A stretch of 64,000 nt of DNA from Macrostomum hystrix. Lineage: Eukaryota > Animalia > Platyhelminthes. Below are positions 21,901-33,237 of the stretch, piece after piece. How positions within the stretch are numbered: position 1 is the stretch's first letter; every line of letters starts with the position of its first letter. The DNA lies in the NCBI GenBank assembly GCA_950097015.1, contig CATNEN010000025.1:5642001-5706000 (forward strand). The letters run 5' to 3'. The position numbers were made by a program, and so were the translations under genes. The notes below the pieces were generated by a model that made no database searches, had not been told where the DNA came from, and saw only the letters and a program-made list of their open reading frames with translations.

Positions 21901-23627
21901 AATGTTTCCAGATCGCCTGAAGGTGTCTGCCTAAAGAATGTTTCCAGATCGCCTGAAGGTGTCTACCTGAAAAATGTAACAGTGTCCAAAAATTATCTTA
22001 CAAGGGCTTTCGAAGCAGTTTAGTTTCTACTTTAATCCTAACTGTCACACAGGTTCCTCGAGGCTGTTGACAAAGCTAAGAAAATCGATGCACGCACCGA
22101 ACCGATGAAAGATTTGTCGTGGAAAATTGATGTCAACATTTGTACCAGGTGCGTATTCTGCTACTTAAAGTAGGGTACCTGAGATTCTGTGAACTTTCGT
22201 TATGGTTTGATAGATAATTTTCTGTCTTATTGTAATTTTTTGCAGCAAAGTTGGCAAAATTCTGGAGCCAGTTGTGTCTCTCAGCTTCCGCACAGGCGAA
22301 AATTTGCACAGTTTTGAAGTAAGTTTAAAATAATAGACTCTCCAATGTTCACTCGCTCTACACCTAATGCTTAATGGTAAACAAGCTGCAGGCCAAACCC
22401 TCCAATGTACACTCACTCCGGATTGAACCCTCGAATGTACACTCTCTCCGGATTGAACCCTCGAATGTACACTCTCTCCGGATTGAACCCTCGAATGTAC
22501 ACTCACTCCGGATTGAACCCTCGAATGTACACTCACTCCGGATTGAACCCTCGAATGTACACTCACCGGATTGAACCCTCGAATGTACACTCTCTCCGGA
22601 TTGAACCCTCGAATGTACACTCTCTCCGGATTGAACCCTCGAATGTACACTCACTCCGGATTGAACCCTCGAATGTACACTCTCTTCGGATTGAACCCTC
22701 GAATGTACACTCTCTCCGGATTGAACCCTCGAATGTACACTCACTCCGGATTGAACCCTCGAATGTACACTCTCTTCGGATTGAACCCTCGAATGTACAC
22801 TCACTCCGGATTGAACCCTCCAATGTACACCCACTCCCAACCAAACCCTCCAATGTACACCAACTCCCAACCAAACCCTCCAATGTACACCCACTCCCAA
22901 TCAAACCCTCCAATGTACACCAACTCCCAACCAAACCCTCCAATGTACACCCACTCCCAACCAAACCCTCCAATGTACACCCACTCCCAATCAAACCCTC
23001 CAATGTACACCCACTCCCAACCAAACCCTCCAATGTACACCAACTCCCAACCAAACCCTCCAATGTACACCCACACCCAACCAAACCCTCCAATGTACAC
23101 CCACACCCAACCAAACCCTCCAATGTACACCCACTCCCAACCAAACCCTCCAATGTACACCCACTCCCAATCAAACCCTCCAATGTACACCAACTCCCAA
23201 CCAAACCCTCCAATGTACACCCACTCCCAACCAAACCCTCCAATGTACACCCACTCCCAACCAAACCCTCCAATGTACACCCACACCCAACCAAACCCTC
23301 CAATGTACACCCACTCCCAACCAAACCCTCCAATGTACACCCACTCCCAACCAAACCCTCCAATGTACACCCACACCCAACCAAACCCTCCAATGTACAC
23401 CCACACCCAACCAAACCCTCCAATGTACACCCACTCCCAACCAAACCCTCCAATGTACACCCACTCCCAACCAAACCCTCCAATGTACACAAACTCCTGA
23501 CTATTATACGTCAATTGTTTGCCAGGTACCATTGTCAAAGTTTCACCAACTTCGTTTCGCTGTGGCCGACCTGCTCAAAGACATGGCCCAGTTGGAGAAC
23601 CATCCCGCTGTTAAGTTGGACGGCTAA
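18916..23627 (+). CDS. COMMD5: COMM domain-containing protein 5; join(18916..19045,20511..20757,22053..22148,22246..22318,23526..23627), 215 aa
   Basis: All introns GT-AG and phase-consistent. COMM domain DLSWKIDVNICTSKVGKILEPVVSLSF...FEVPLSKFHQLRFAVADLLKDMAQLE matches the COMMD5 pattern WRVDV..S...L.PSVL...FEVP..KFQELR..VA..LKEM..LE. Confidence 0.88.
20061..20197. ncRNA. Candidate structured ncRNA / conserved GC-rich element, copy A (COMMD5 intron 1)
   Basis: Homologous to 55247-55388 with conserved hairpins and compensatory substitutions; TATATA at 20034. No known RNA family recognised. Confidence 0.45.
20797..21975. repeat. Minisatellite, 36-bp unit tcgcctgaaggtgtctgcctgaagaatgtttccaga (~32 copies), COMMD5 intron 2
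   Basis: Tandem periodicity; starts ~40 nt after donor 20758; source of the spurious 408-aa ORF. Confidence 0.98.
22393..23490. repeat. Bipartite minisatellite, two related 30-bp units, COMMD5 intron 4
   Basis: tcactccggattgaaccctcgaatgtacac up to ~22820, then ccactcccaaccaaaccctccaatgtacac. Confidence 0.98.
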
Positions 23628-24189
23628 AATTGCAATCGATTTGTTTTATTCGCTAATTTTGCATGAATATTTTAAATATGTGTCGGTGATTATTTTGCGA
23701 GTGATTAGGGATTTAAAGTATGAATGCGCACTATTTTCTACTTATGAAGAAGTGTTAGTAGCTAGGAAGGCATACTACTCTTGTAATATTTATTTTTAGT
23801 TTTCTGTCATGAAATGGGTCCGCGAAGATTGCTTTCAATTTGAAATTTTTTTATTGCGTTATTGTTGCACTTGTTTTGTAATTAAGATGACTGAATTTGA
23901 TTGTCTATGAAATTGTGACTCATTTTTGCAAGAATTTTCATGCGAAACGAATTCCATATGAAATATTAAAGCGTCACTATAGATAGATTAACAATCTACG
24001 CTCCTATATATATGATTTTCAAAAATATGTTTGTGTTAGGAGTTATTTATTTTCGTTTTTTCTCTTCAGTTTAAGACTGTTTGTGGTATCGTTAAAATAT
24101 GGGTTAGTCCCTTAGTTATGCAAATGATAATCCTGTCCTCTCTCTCTTTCTCTTTGTTATTTGGGTCTCTTTGTTCTGTTTGTTTTTTT

Positions 24190-24290
24190 TCTCTCTTTCT
24201 GTATGCTTGTCTGTCTGTCTCTCTGTCTGTATGTAAGTATGTCATTCTGTCTGTCTGTCTGGCTGTCTGTCTGTTGTCTGTCTCTGTCTG

Positions 24291-24327
<37 letters not shown>

Positions 24328-24868
24328 CTAGGTGTCTGTATGTCTGTCTGTCTGTCCTAGGTGTCTGTCTGTCTGTTCTGGATCCTAGGTGTCTGTGTGT
24401 CTGTTCTGGATCCCATGTGTCTGTCTGTCTGTCTGTTCTGGATCCTAGGTGTCTGTATGTCTGTCTGTCTGTCCTAGGTGTATGTCTGTTCTGGATCCTA
24501 GGTGTCTGTCTGTCTGTTCTGGATCCTAGGTGTCTGTGTGTCTGTTCTGGATCCTAGGTGTCTGTCTGTCTGTTCTGGATCCTGGGTGTCTGTCTGTCTG
24601 TTCTGAATCCTAGGTGTCTGTATGTCTGTCTGTCTGTCCTAGGTGTATGTCTGTTCTGGATCCTAGGTGTCTGTATGTCTGTCTGTCTGTCCTAGGTGTA
24701 TGTCTGTTCTGGATCCTAGGTGTCTGTCTGTCTGTTCTGGATCCTAGGTGTCTGTCTGTCTGTCTGTTCTGGATCCCAGGTGTCTGTCTGTCTGTCTGTT
24801 CTGTATCCTAGGTGTCTGTCTGTCAGTCTGTCTGTCTGTCTGTGTGTCTGTCTGTCTGTCTGTCTGGC

Positions 24869-24899
<31 letters not shown>

Positions 24900-24933
24900 T
24901 GTCTGTCTCTGTCTGTTGTCTGTCTGTTGTCTT

Positions 24934-25023
<90 letters not shown>

Positions 25024-25779
25024 CTAGGTGTCTGTATGTCTGTCTGTCTGTCCTAGGTGTCTGTCTGTCTGTTCTGGATCCTAAGTGTCTGTGTGTCTGT
25101 TCTGGATCCCATGTGTCTGTCTGTCTGTCTGTTCTGGATCCTAGGTGTCTGTATGTCTGTCTGTTCTGGATCCTAGGTGTCTGTATGTCTGTCTGTCTGT
25201 CCTAGGTGTATGTCTGTTCTGGATCCTAGGTGTCTGTGTGTCTGTTCTGGATCCTAGGTGTCTGTGTGTCTGTTCTGGATCCTAGGTGTCTGTCTGTCTG
25301 TCTGTTCTGGATCCTAGGTGTCTGTATGTCTGTCTGTCTGTCCTAGGTGTCTGTCTGTCTGTTCTGGATCCTAGGTGTCTGTCTGTCTGTTCTGGATCCT
25401 AGGTGTCTGTGTGTCTGTTCTGGATCCTAGGTGTCTGTGTGTCTGTTCTGGATCCTAGGTGTCTGTGTGTCTGTTCTGGATCCTAGGTGTCTGTGTGTCT
25501 GTTCTGGATCCTAGGTGTCTGTGTGTCTGTTCTGGATCCTAGGTGTCTGTCTGTCTGTTCTGGATCCTAGGTGTCTGTCTGTCTGTTCTAGATCCTAGGT
25601 GTCTGTCTGTCTGTTCTGGATCCTAGGTGTCTGTCTGTCTGTTCTGGATCCTAGGTGTCTGTGTGTCTGTCTGTCTGTCTGTCTGTCTGTTCTGGATCCT
25701 AGGTGTCTGTCTGTCTGTTCTGGATCCTAGGTGTCTGTGTGTCTGTCTGTCTGTCTGTCTGTCTGTTCTGGATCCTAGG

Positions 25780-25818
<39 letters not shown>

Positions 25819-25895
25819 GTGTCTGTCAGTCTGTCTGTCTGTCTGTCTGTCAGTCTGTCTGTCTGTCTGTCTGTATGTCTGTTTGTCTGTCCGTC
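24190..25895. repeat. Compound (GTCT)n microsatellite with interspersed gttctggatcctaggt module
   Basis: Direct inspection; blocks at ~24250 and ~24860 are duplicated. Confidence 0.97.
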
Positions 25896-26404
25896 TAGAT
25901 TGTTCTTATCGTGTGCCTGTTAGCCTGTTTGCAATTTTAGTCTGTCTACTAGGGGATATTTCCCCTTAACCGGATTACATTTTCCCCTCAAATGGAAGCG
26001 CTGTCAACTCAACTTCTGCCTTAAATCTATTTTCCACTGGACGTCCCGAATTGGTGCTAAACAAAGACTAAATAATAAATCATTTGATTTTTTTGACAGA
26101 TAGTGATAAAATAGCTTCGATTTTTATTTTCTTTATTCTGAGTTGCACTAATCCCAAGTGAAAATGATTCCAATCACTGGGGAAATTTCCTGAGTCAGGA
26201 AATATATGTCGTGCAATGCGATCATTCGGATAACCTTGCTGCCTTCATGTCTCTGAGATTCCGCCTTTGGGCGCGAAAATCAGCAGGAAATGAAAGGATA
26301 AGTGATTTCTGCTGGTCAGATATTTTAAATCTGGCACAATGCCTTCCTCTGGTCCGGATTTCTAAAAATCGAATTCCCATAAAAATCCTGTATCCGAATA
26401 TCCA

Positions 26405-27050
26405 ATCTCTGATCCACATGAATATCCCATCTCTGATCCCTATGAATGCCCTATCTCTGATCCCTATGAATATCCCATCTCTGATCCCTATGAATGCCCC
26501 ATCTCTGATCCCTATGAATATCCCATCTTTGATCCCTATGAATATCCCATCTCTGATCCCTATGAATATCCCATCTCTGATCCCTATGAATATCCCATAT
26601 CTGATCCGTATGAATATCCCATCTCTGATCCGTATGAATATCCCATCTCTGATCCCTATGAATGCCCCATCCCTGATCCCTATGAATATCCCATCTCTGA
26701 TCCCTATGAATGCCCCATCTCTGATCCCTATGAATATCCCATCTTTGATCCCTATGAATATCCCATCTCTGATCCCTATGAATATCCCATCTCTGATCCC
26801 TATGAATATCCCATCTCTGATCCGTATGAATATCCCATCTCTGATCCCTATGAATGACCCATCCCTGATCCCTATGAATATCCCATCTTTGATCCCTATG
26901 AATATCCCATCTTTGATCCCTATGAATATCCCATCTCTGATGCCTATGAATATCCCATCTCTGATGCCTATGAATATCCCATCTCTGATGCCTATGAATA
27001 TCCCATCTCTGATGCCTATGAATATCCCATCTCTGATCCTTATGAATATC
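26405..27050. repeat. Minisatellite, 24-bp unit atcccatctctgatccctatgaat
   Basis: Tandem periodicity. Confidence 0.97.
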
Positions 27051-28094
27051 CCTTTGCTACTCTAAGTTCTCACGTCTTTTTAAACTATCCCTCACTGCCT
27101 AAGTAATTTCGAAGCGCATATTAAAGGGAATATGTGTTTCTATTCGAGCACTAGTATGGCTAACATTATCACCTTCATCCCAACATATCATTACTTCATT
27201 AAAAAATGAGTTTCTCGCGTGCAGTCTTCCACTTCTAACTGATCGAGGGCCGCTTTGAGTTGTGCTCACAAAGCTAGACTCGACTCAAACTGCACTAAAT
27301 ATATACCCAAGTAGGGATTATACTGTTACACGCGATTAATCAGTTGTAAAGGATATTACAATGTATAGCAATTGGATTAGTAACTATATTGATGGTGAAT
27401 TGCGGTTGTGAAGTGGGCCCAGCACGATCAAGATGGATTAGGCGCCAGTCAAACTTATTAATCCTAATTCTGTTATAGCCTAATCTGCATTGGCTGATGC
27501 AGTTAAATCTCTTTCTCTTCTCACCAATGCCCTACTATTGGCGCTACCATCTGTTTAGGCTTCCACTGTAGGTGTTATGAATCCCATCCCTACAGGTCGC
27601 ATTCGGTCGGTCCCAAAAGAGAGAAAAGAAAAATAACGGAACTAAAAGCTTGAAGCACACAGTTATCTTGTAAGTGCATATTTCTTTTCCCAAGTCTGCC
27701 TGTCCATAGCTGCAATATTTGCCGTTGAAAGACTGCTTTATGGACTTTACTCTCGTTGGATAATCTTCGCCTTGACGTTGCTTTTTTATGACTGCCGCTT
27801 AGATTTGTAGCTGAGATTTCGTTTTTTTGGAGTGCAATAAATATTTGAATGTGTAGAGAAAAATTGGTCTGTTCCGTTCATGACTTGGCGCCATGATGTT
27901 CTTTTGTCTTCGGGCAGTTTTTGGAGAGTTCAGAAAATTTTGGATGGCTGTGAATAATGCTCTGCTGTTTTATTGCGGACATGAACTAGCAGAGTTGTTC
28001 GTCCTTTTCCCCTCTTTTGTACTGAAAATCCTTTTCTATTATTCTATTCTGTTCTCTCATAACTCTTTTTTTATCGCTTTGCTTTACTGGTGCA

Positions 28095-28400
28095 TGCTAT
28101 GCTTCTCCCACTTCTCCTCTTACCCTCTTGTCTGTTGTTCTCAATCCCCTCTTCTCTTCGGCTCCTCTCCCGCTCTCCCTTGCTCCCTCTGCTCTCTTCC
28201 TCTCCACTTTTATCCTCTTCCCTCTGTCTCCTTCTTATCCTCTCTCCCTCTTTCTATCTTCTCTCCTCTCTCCCTCTTTCTTATCCTCTGTCCCTATTTC
28301 TTATCTTATCTCCTCTGTTCCTCTTTCTTATCCTCTCTCCCACTTTCTTATCTTCTATCCTCTCTCATCTCTTCCCTTCACCGCTTCTCTCTCACTCAAG
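28095..28400. repeat. Degenerate CT-rich low-complexity tract upstream of NAXD
   Basis: cttatcctct/ctctcc-rich sequence. Confidence 0.8.
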
Positions 28401-28575
28401 ACTCGTAATTCTCAGCTCCGGCTACTCTCGTCATAATTTACAATAGTTTAAGGCAGTGTCATTCGCAATCCAACTTATTTTTGCTTTGTGTTCCAGTCGC
28501 TCATTTCCTTGAATCCAATTTCTTCGCCCGGCCTCGTGTCAATCGCGTCGCCAATCAGCAGCGGCGACTGTCTCT

Positions 28576-31500
28576 ATGGCCGCGGTGTCTCTATCGCCCG
28601 ATCAGTTGCTAAGCGCCGCTGCTCATTGCATTCCGCCGCTGTTAACACTCGGCGGTGCCTATCCGGCGGCGGAATTCGGCGTTCTAGTCGTCGGCGGATC
28701 CGCCGATCAGTGCGGACCGCCTTGCCTGTCAGCGATGGCCGCGATGCGAGCTGGGGCCTACCAGGTGCACATTGTCTGCTCCGATGAGGCTGGCCCGCCT
28801 GTGCGCAGCTTCAGCCCGGAGCTGGCTGTTCATCCCGTACTAGACAGCCGCGCCCGGCAACCGCCTGGCAACAATGATGAATTGAGAACACTGCTCAACG
28901 CCCGGCTGCCGTTGTGGCAGGCAGTCCTGATTGGACCCGGTCTGGGTGACTCGACGTCTAGCCGAGAGGGCGCCGCTATGGTGACTTCTGTCAGGGGGGG
29001 CGGATCTATTTGGGGTTGGGGAGCGGATCTATAGGGGTTAGGGAGCGGATCTATTTGGGGTTGGAGAGCGGATTTATTAGGGTTGGAGAGCGGATCTATT
29101 GGGGTTGGGCAACGGATCTATTTGAGGTTGGGGAGCGGATCTATTGGGTTTGGGGAGCGGATCTTTTGGGGTTGGGGAGTGGATCTATTGGGGTTGGGGA
29201 GCGGATCTATTGGGGTTGGGGAGCGGATTTATTGGGTTTGGGGAGCGGATCTATTGAGGTTGGGGAGCTGATCTATTGGGTTTGGGGAGCGGATCTATTG
29301 GGGTTGGGGAGCGGATCTATTGGGGTTGGGGAGCGGATTTATTGGGTTTGGGGAGCGGATCTATTGGGTTTGGGGAGCGGATTTATTGGGTTTCGGGGAG
29401 CGGATCTATTGGGTTTGGGGAGCGGATCTATTGGGGTTGGGGAGCGGATCTATTGGGTTTGGGGAGCGGATCTATTGGGTTTGGGGAGCGGATTTATTGG
29501 GTTTGGGGAGCGGATCTATTGGGGTTGGGGAGCGGATCTATTGGGGTTGGGGAGCGGATTTATTGGGATTGGGCAGCGGATCTATTGAGGTTGGGGAGCG
29601 GATCTATTGGGGTTGGGTTTGGAGTTGATGTGCATTACGCAGGTTGCAACTATTCATAGTATTACTTTTTCAATTCTTTTCTTCTACTAAAAATATTTCA
29701 GTATATCTCCTTCTCTCCTTCGTCTTCAGGTTGTCGAGTTTGCCAGGTCGCTCAACAAGCCGCTAGTGATTGACGGGGTAAGAGAATAATTCGGTTCTCC
29801 CCCTCATGAACACAGATCAGACCTAAGGATAATAAACCCAGCCACCTGTTCCCTTGACACCTGACACCAATTGAATTATCAAAGTAGGACAAAATCCTTC
29901 GATTGCAATTCAATGTAGTTTCTGCTTGGGAATTTGTTTGATTCTACTTTTTGTACTTTTACTAGAAATTTCTTTTTCATTCGATTAGCCTTAGTAACTG
30001 GTCGGCTAGATAATTGATGTTGAGAAATGAGCCTAGAGGATGCAGGCTTTTCTAATGATATCCCATAATTATTGTGAAGTAGGATGTGACCGGAAAAAGT
30101 TATTAGACTGCTAATTCGTGCTGACTTCATTCTCCATAAGACTGCATATTGCACTGACAATTTTATAATGTATAAAAGTACTCTACCTCAGTGATTTATT
30201 TTGCAATAACCAAGCTAACTACATGAGATAAGTGGATAAAGTGGATTATCTATTCAGGCTAAAACTTTGCTCTTGTCTATCAGTCTAGTCTATTTGAATT
30301 CCCAACCCAACCATCCACTCTACCCTACCCTCCACTCTACCCTACCCTCCACTCTACCCTGCCGTCCACTCTACCCTACCCTCCACTCTACCCTACCCTC
30401 CACTCTACCCTGCCGTCCACTCTACCCTACCCTCCACTCTACCCTACCCTCCACTCTACCATACCCTCCACTCTACCCTGCCGTCCACTCTACCCTGCCA
30501 TCCATACTACCCTGCCATCCACTCAACCCTGCCATCCACTCTACCCTGCCATCCACTCTACCCTGCCGTCCACTCTACCCTGCCATTCATACTACCCTGC
30601 CATCCACTCTACCCTGCCGTCCACTCTACCCTGCTATCCACTCTACCCTTCCATCCACTCTACCCTGCCATCCACTCTACCCTGCCATCCACTCTACCCT
30701 GCCATCCACTCTACCCTGCCATCCACTCTACCCGGCCATCCACTCTATCCTGCCATCCACTCTACCCTGCCATCCACTCTACCCTGCCCTCCACTCTACC
30801 CTATCATCCACTCTACACTGCCATCCACTCAACCCTGCCATCCACTCTAGCATACCGTCCACTCTACCCTACCATCCACTCCACCGCAGGACGGCCTGTC
30901 GCTCATCGCCGATCGGCCGGATCTGATACGCGGCTATTCTCGCGCTCTGCTAACCCTAAACGCGGCCGAATTCGGTCGACTCTATCAATCGTTACTAGGC
31001 GGCAACTCAGCGGCTCAACAATCGTCGTCTGCTTCGTCGCAGGCTTCAATCGATGGTCAGCCGAGTCGCCAGCTGGTGGCCAGATTGGCTGCCGCCTTAG
31101 CAGGTCCTTGCATTCTGTTGAAGGGTCGGGAAGATATTCTAGCTGTGGCCGCGCCGATTGGAAAGCAGCAGCAGCAGCAGCAACAGCAGGTTCAGGTGCA
31201 AGTTGAAATCTGTGCTTTGCAAGGCTGCGGCAGGCATTGCGCTGGGCAGGTTAGTAAAAAGTCAAGTCACAGTGAGACTGTACATCTGCGTGAGTTTGGC
31301 TCTAAATCATTATTGTTTTTAAAAGGGCGCCATTCTCTCCGGCCTGGCCCTGGTGTTCTGCCACTGGTGCTTCAACGCGGCGACCGACAGTCAGGGCCGA
31401 TCGACGACGCTGCCGCGACATCCGGCCCTCCTGGCTGGCTACGCTGCCTCCGCGCTGGCCAGGAGATGCGGAGCCCAGGCATTCGCTGTGCGGCGTAGGG

Positions 31501-31580
31501 CCACCCTGGCAACTGACCAGCTGGACCAGATTGGTACCGCTTTCAGCCGCCTGTTCCCCGAGGCCGACTGCTCGCACTGA
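28576..31580 (+). CDS. NAXD: ATP-dependent NAD(P)HX dehydratase-like (YjeF C-terminal/CARKD), motif-degenerate; join(28576..28980,29730..29777,30890..31249,31326..31580)
   Basis: VLVVGGS, AMRAGA..VHIVC, SFSPELAVHPVLD, VLIGPGLG, PLVIDG|DGL, LIRGYSRALLTLNAAEFGRLY, LLKGREDIL, CAGQ|GAILSG, IGTAFSRLF. Four phase-0 exons with GT-AG introns. Confidence 0.88.
28995..29620. repeat. Minisatellite, 22-bp unit ggggagcggatctattggggtt, NAXD intron 1
   Basis: Starts ~15 nt after donor 28981. Confidence 0.97.
30305..30882. repeat. Minisatellite, 17-bp unit ccatccactctaccctg, NAXD intron 2
   Basis: Runs into the acceptor ...ccactccaccgcag at 30889. Confidence 0.97.
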
Positions 31581-31594
31581 GCACACTTTGTAGC

Positions 31595-31950
31595 TGGTTA
31601 CCTGTTAACCAGTTGGATGGTTACCTGTTAATTAGTTGGGATGGTTACCTGTTAATCAGTTGGGATGGTTACCTGTTAATCAGTTGGGATGGTTACCTGT
31701 TAATCAGTTGGGATGGTTACCTGTTACTTAGTTGGGATGGTTACCTGTTAATCAGTTGGGATGGTTACCTGTTAATCAGTTGGGATGTTTACCTGTTAAT
31801 TAGTTGGGATGGTTACCTGTTAACCAGTTGGATGGTTACCTGTTACTTAGTTGGGATGGTTACCTGTTAACCAGTTGGATGGTTACCTGTTAATTAGTTG
31901 GGATGGTTACCTGTTAACCAGTTGGGATGGTTACCTGTTAATCAGTTGAT
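31595..31950. repeat. Minisatellite, 24-bp unit gttacctgttaatcagttgggatg, NAXD 3' flank
   Basis: Starts ~15 nt after stop codon 31580. Confidence 0.96.
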
Positions 31951-32374
31951 TACAATTTTAGTTGTCCGTTAATGAAATTGTTTATGGAACTCTTCAATGA
32001 GGCACCATTTTTGTAATTGACAGTGACTTAGTTGACGAGTATTTCGTGTTAGTTTAGTTTTGTCCTAGTCAATTTATTGTTGTTTAATATTTTATTGTAC
32101 CTTAGAGATAAAAGTTTGTTTAGCACAATATTTAAATAATTTAGTGTTTTTATTGATACGAAATTGTTCGCTTTGAGTCGCTTAAAAATTAGTTGATAAA
32201 AAGAAACAACTTTATGGAATCTCAGTTTACATTTTGAATTGATTTTATTTGAAAGATCACAATATTAATTCTTCACACACTTTAGCTGAATAATGTATTT
32301 TGTTCTCAGTTCTAATTCCCAATTCCCTGTCATACAAATAACACCTAAACTCATTTTCATCCTTATTATTTTTT

Positions 32375-32950
32375 TCATAGTTATTCCCATTCTTTTCCCT
32401 AAAAAATCCCACTCTCAAGTCTTTGTTATTTCCATTCTTTTCCCTAAAAATTCCCACTCTCAAATCTTTGTTATTCCCATTCCTTTCCCTAAAAAATCCC
32501 ACTCTCAAATCTTTGTTATTCCCATTCTTTTCCCTAAAAAAATCCCACTCTCAAATCTTTGTTATTCCCATTCTTTTCCCTAAAAAATCCCACTCTCAAA
32601 TCTTTGTTATTCCCATTCTTTTCCCTAAAAAATCCCACTCTCAAATCTTTGTTATTCCCATTCTTTTCCCTAAAAAATCCCACTCTCAAATCTTTGTTAT
32701 TCCCATTCTTTTCCCTAAAGAATCCCACTCTCAAATCTTTGTTATTCCCATTCTTTTCCCTAAAAAATCCCACTCTCAAATCTTTGTTATTCCCATTCTC
32801 GCGCCTAAAAAATCCCACTCTCAAATCTTTGTTATTCCCATTCTCGCGCCTAAAAATCCTACCTTCAGATCCCATTTTCTCCTAAAAATTTTCCCACTCT
32901 CAGATCCCATTCTTCCTGTAAATCCCACTCTTAAAATCCTAGAAATCCTA
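32375..32950. repeat. Minisatellite, 45-bp unit ttattcccattcttttccctaaaaaatcccactctcaaatctttg, upstream of RMC1
   Basis: Tandem periodicity decaying toward the acceptor-like ttgcag at 33013. Confidence 0.96.
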
Positions 32951-33023
32951 CATCCCCTAAACCCCTTGCAGATCCAAATTATCCCAAACCGTCGCTAATC
33001 TAACCGCTTGCAGCCTAGCCGTC

Positions 33024-33205
33024 ATGCAAGCCCAATCAGACGACAGCTACGCCCAGTTGGACGACACCCCGATCCGGTTCCAACCGGTTTCTGAGCAGAC
33101 CAACGTGTTCTACGATCCCGTCCAGAGTCAGCTGTTCACCGTTGAGAAAGCGGACTCCGCCGCTATCTTGGTGCGGATGCAGAGTTGCCGGCATCCTGAT
33201 TCTGT

Positions 33206-33237
<32 letters not shown>

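Noticed and set aside
20797-23799. Long ORFs of 245-464 aa (PEGVCLKNVSRS, PTKPSNVHPL, YIGGFGWEWV repeats)
   Set aside because: They are translations of intronic minisatellites of COMMD5, open in several frames and on both strands, with no independent gene signals.
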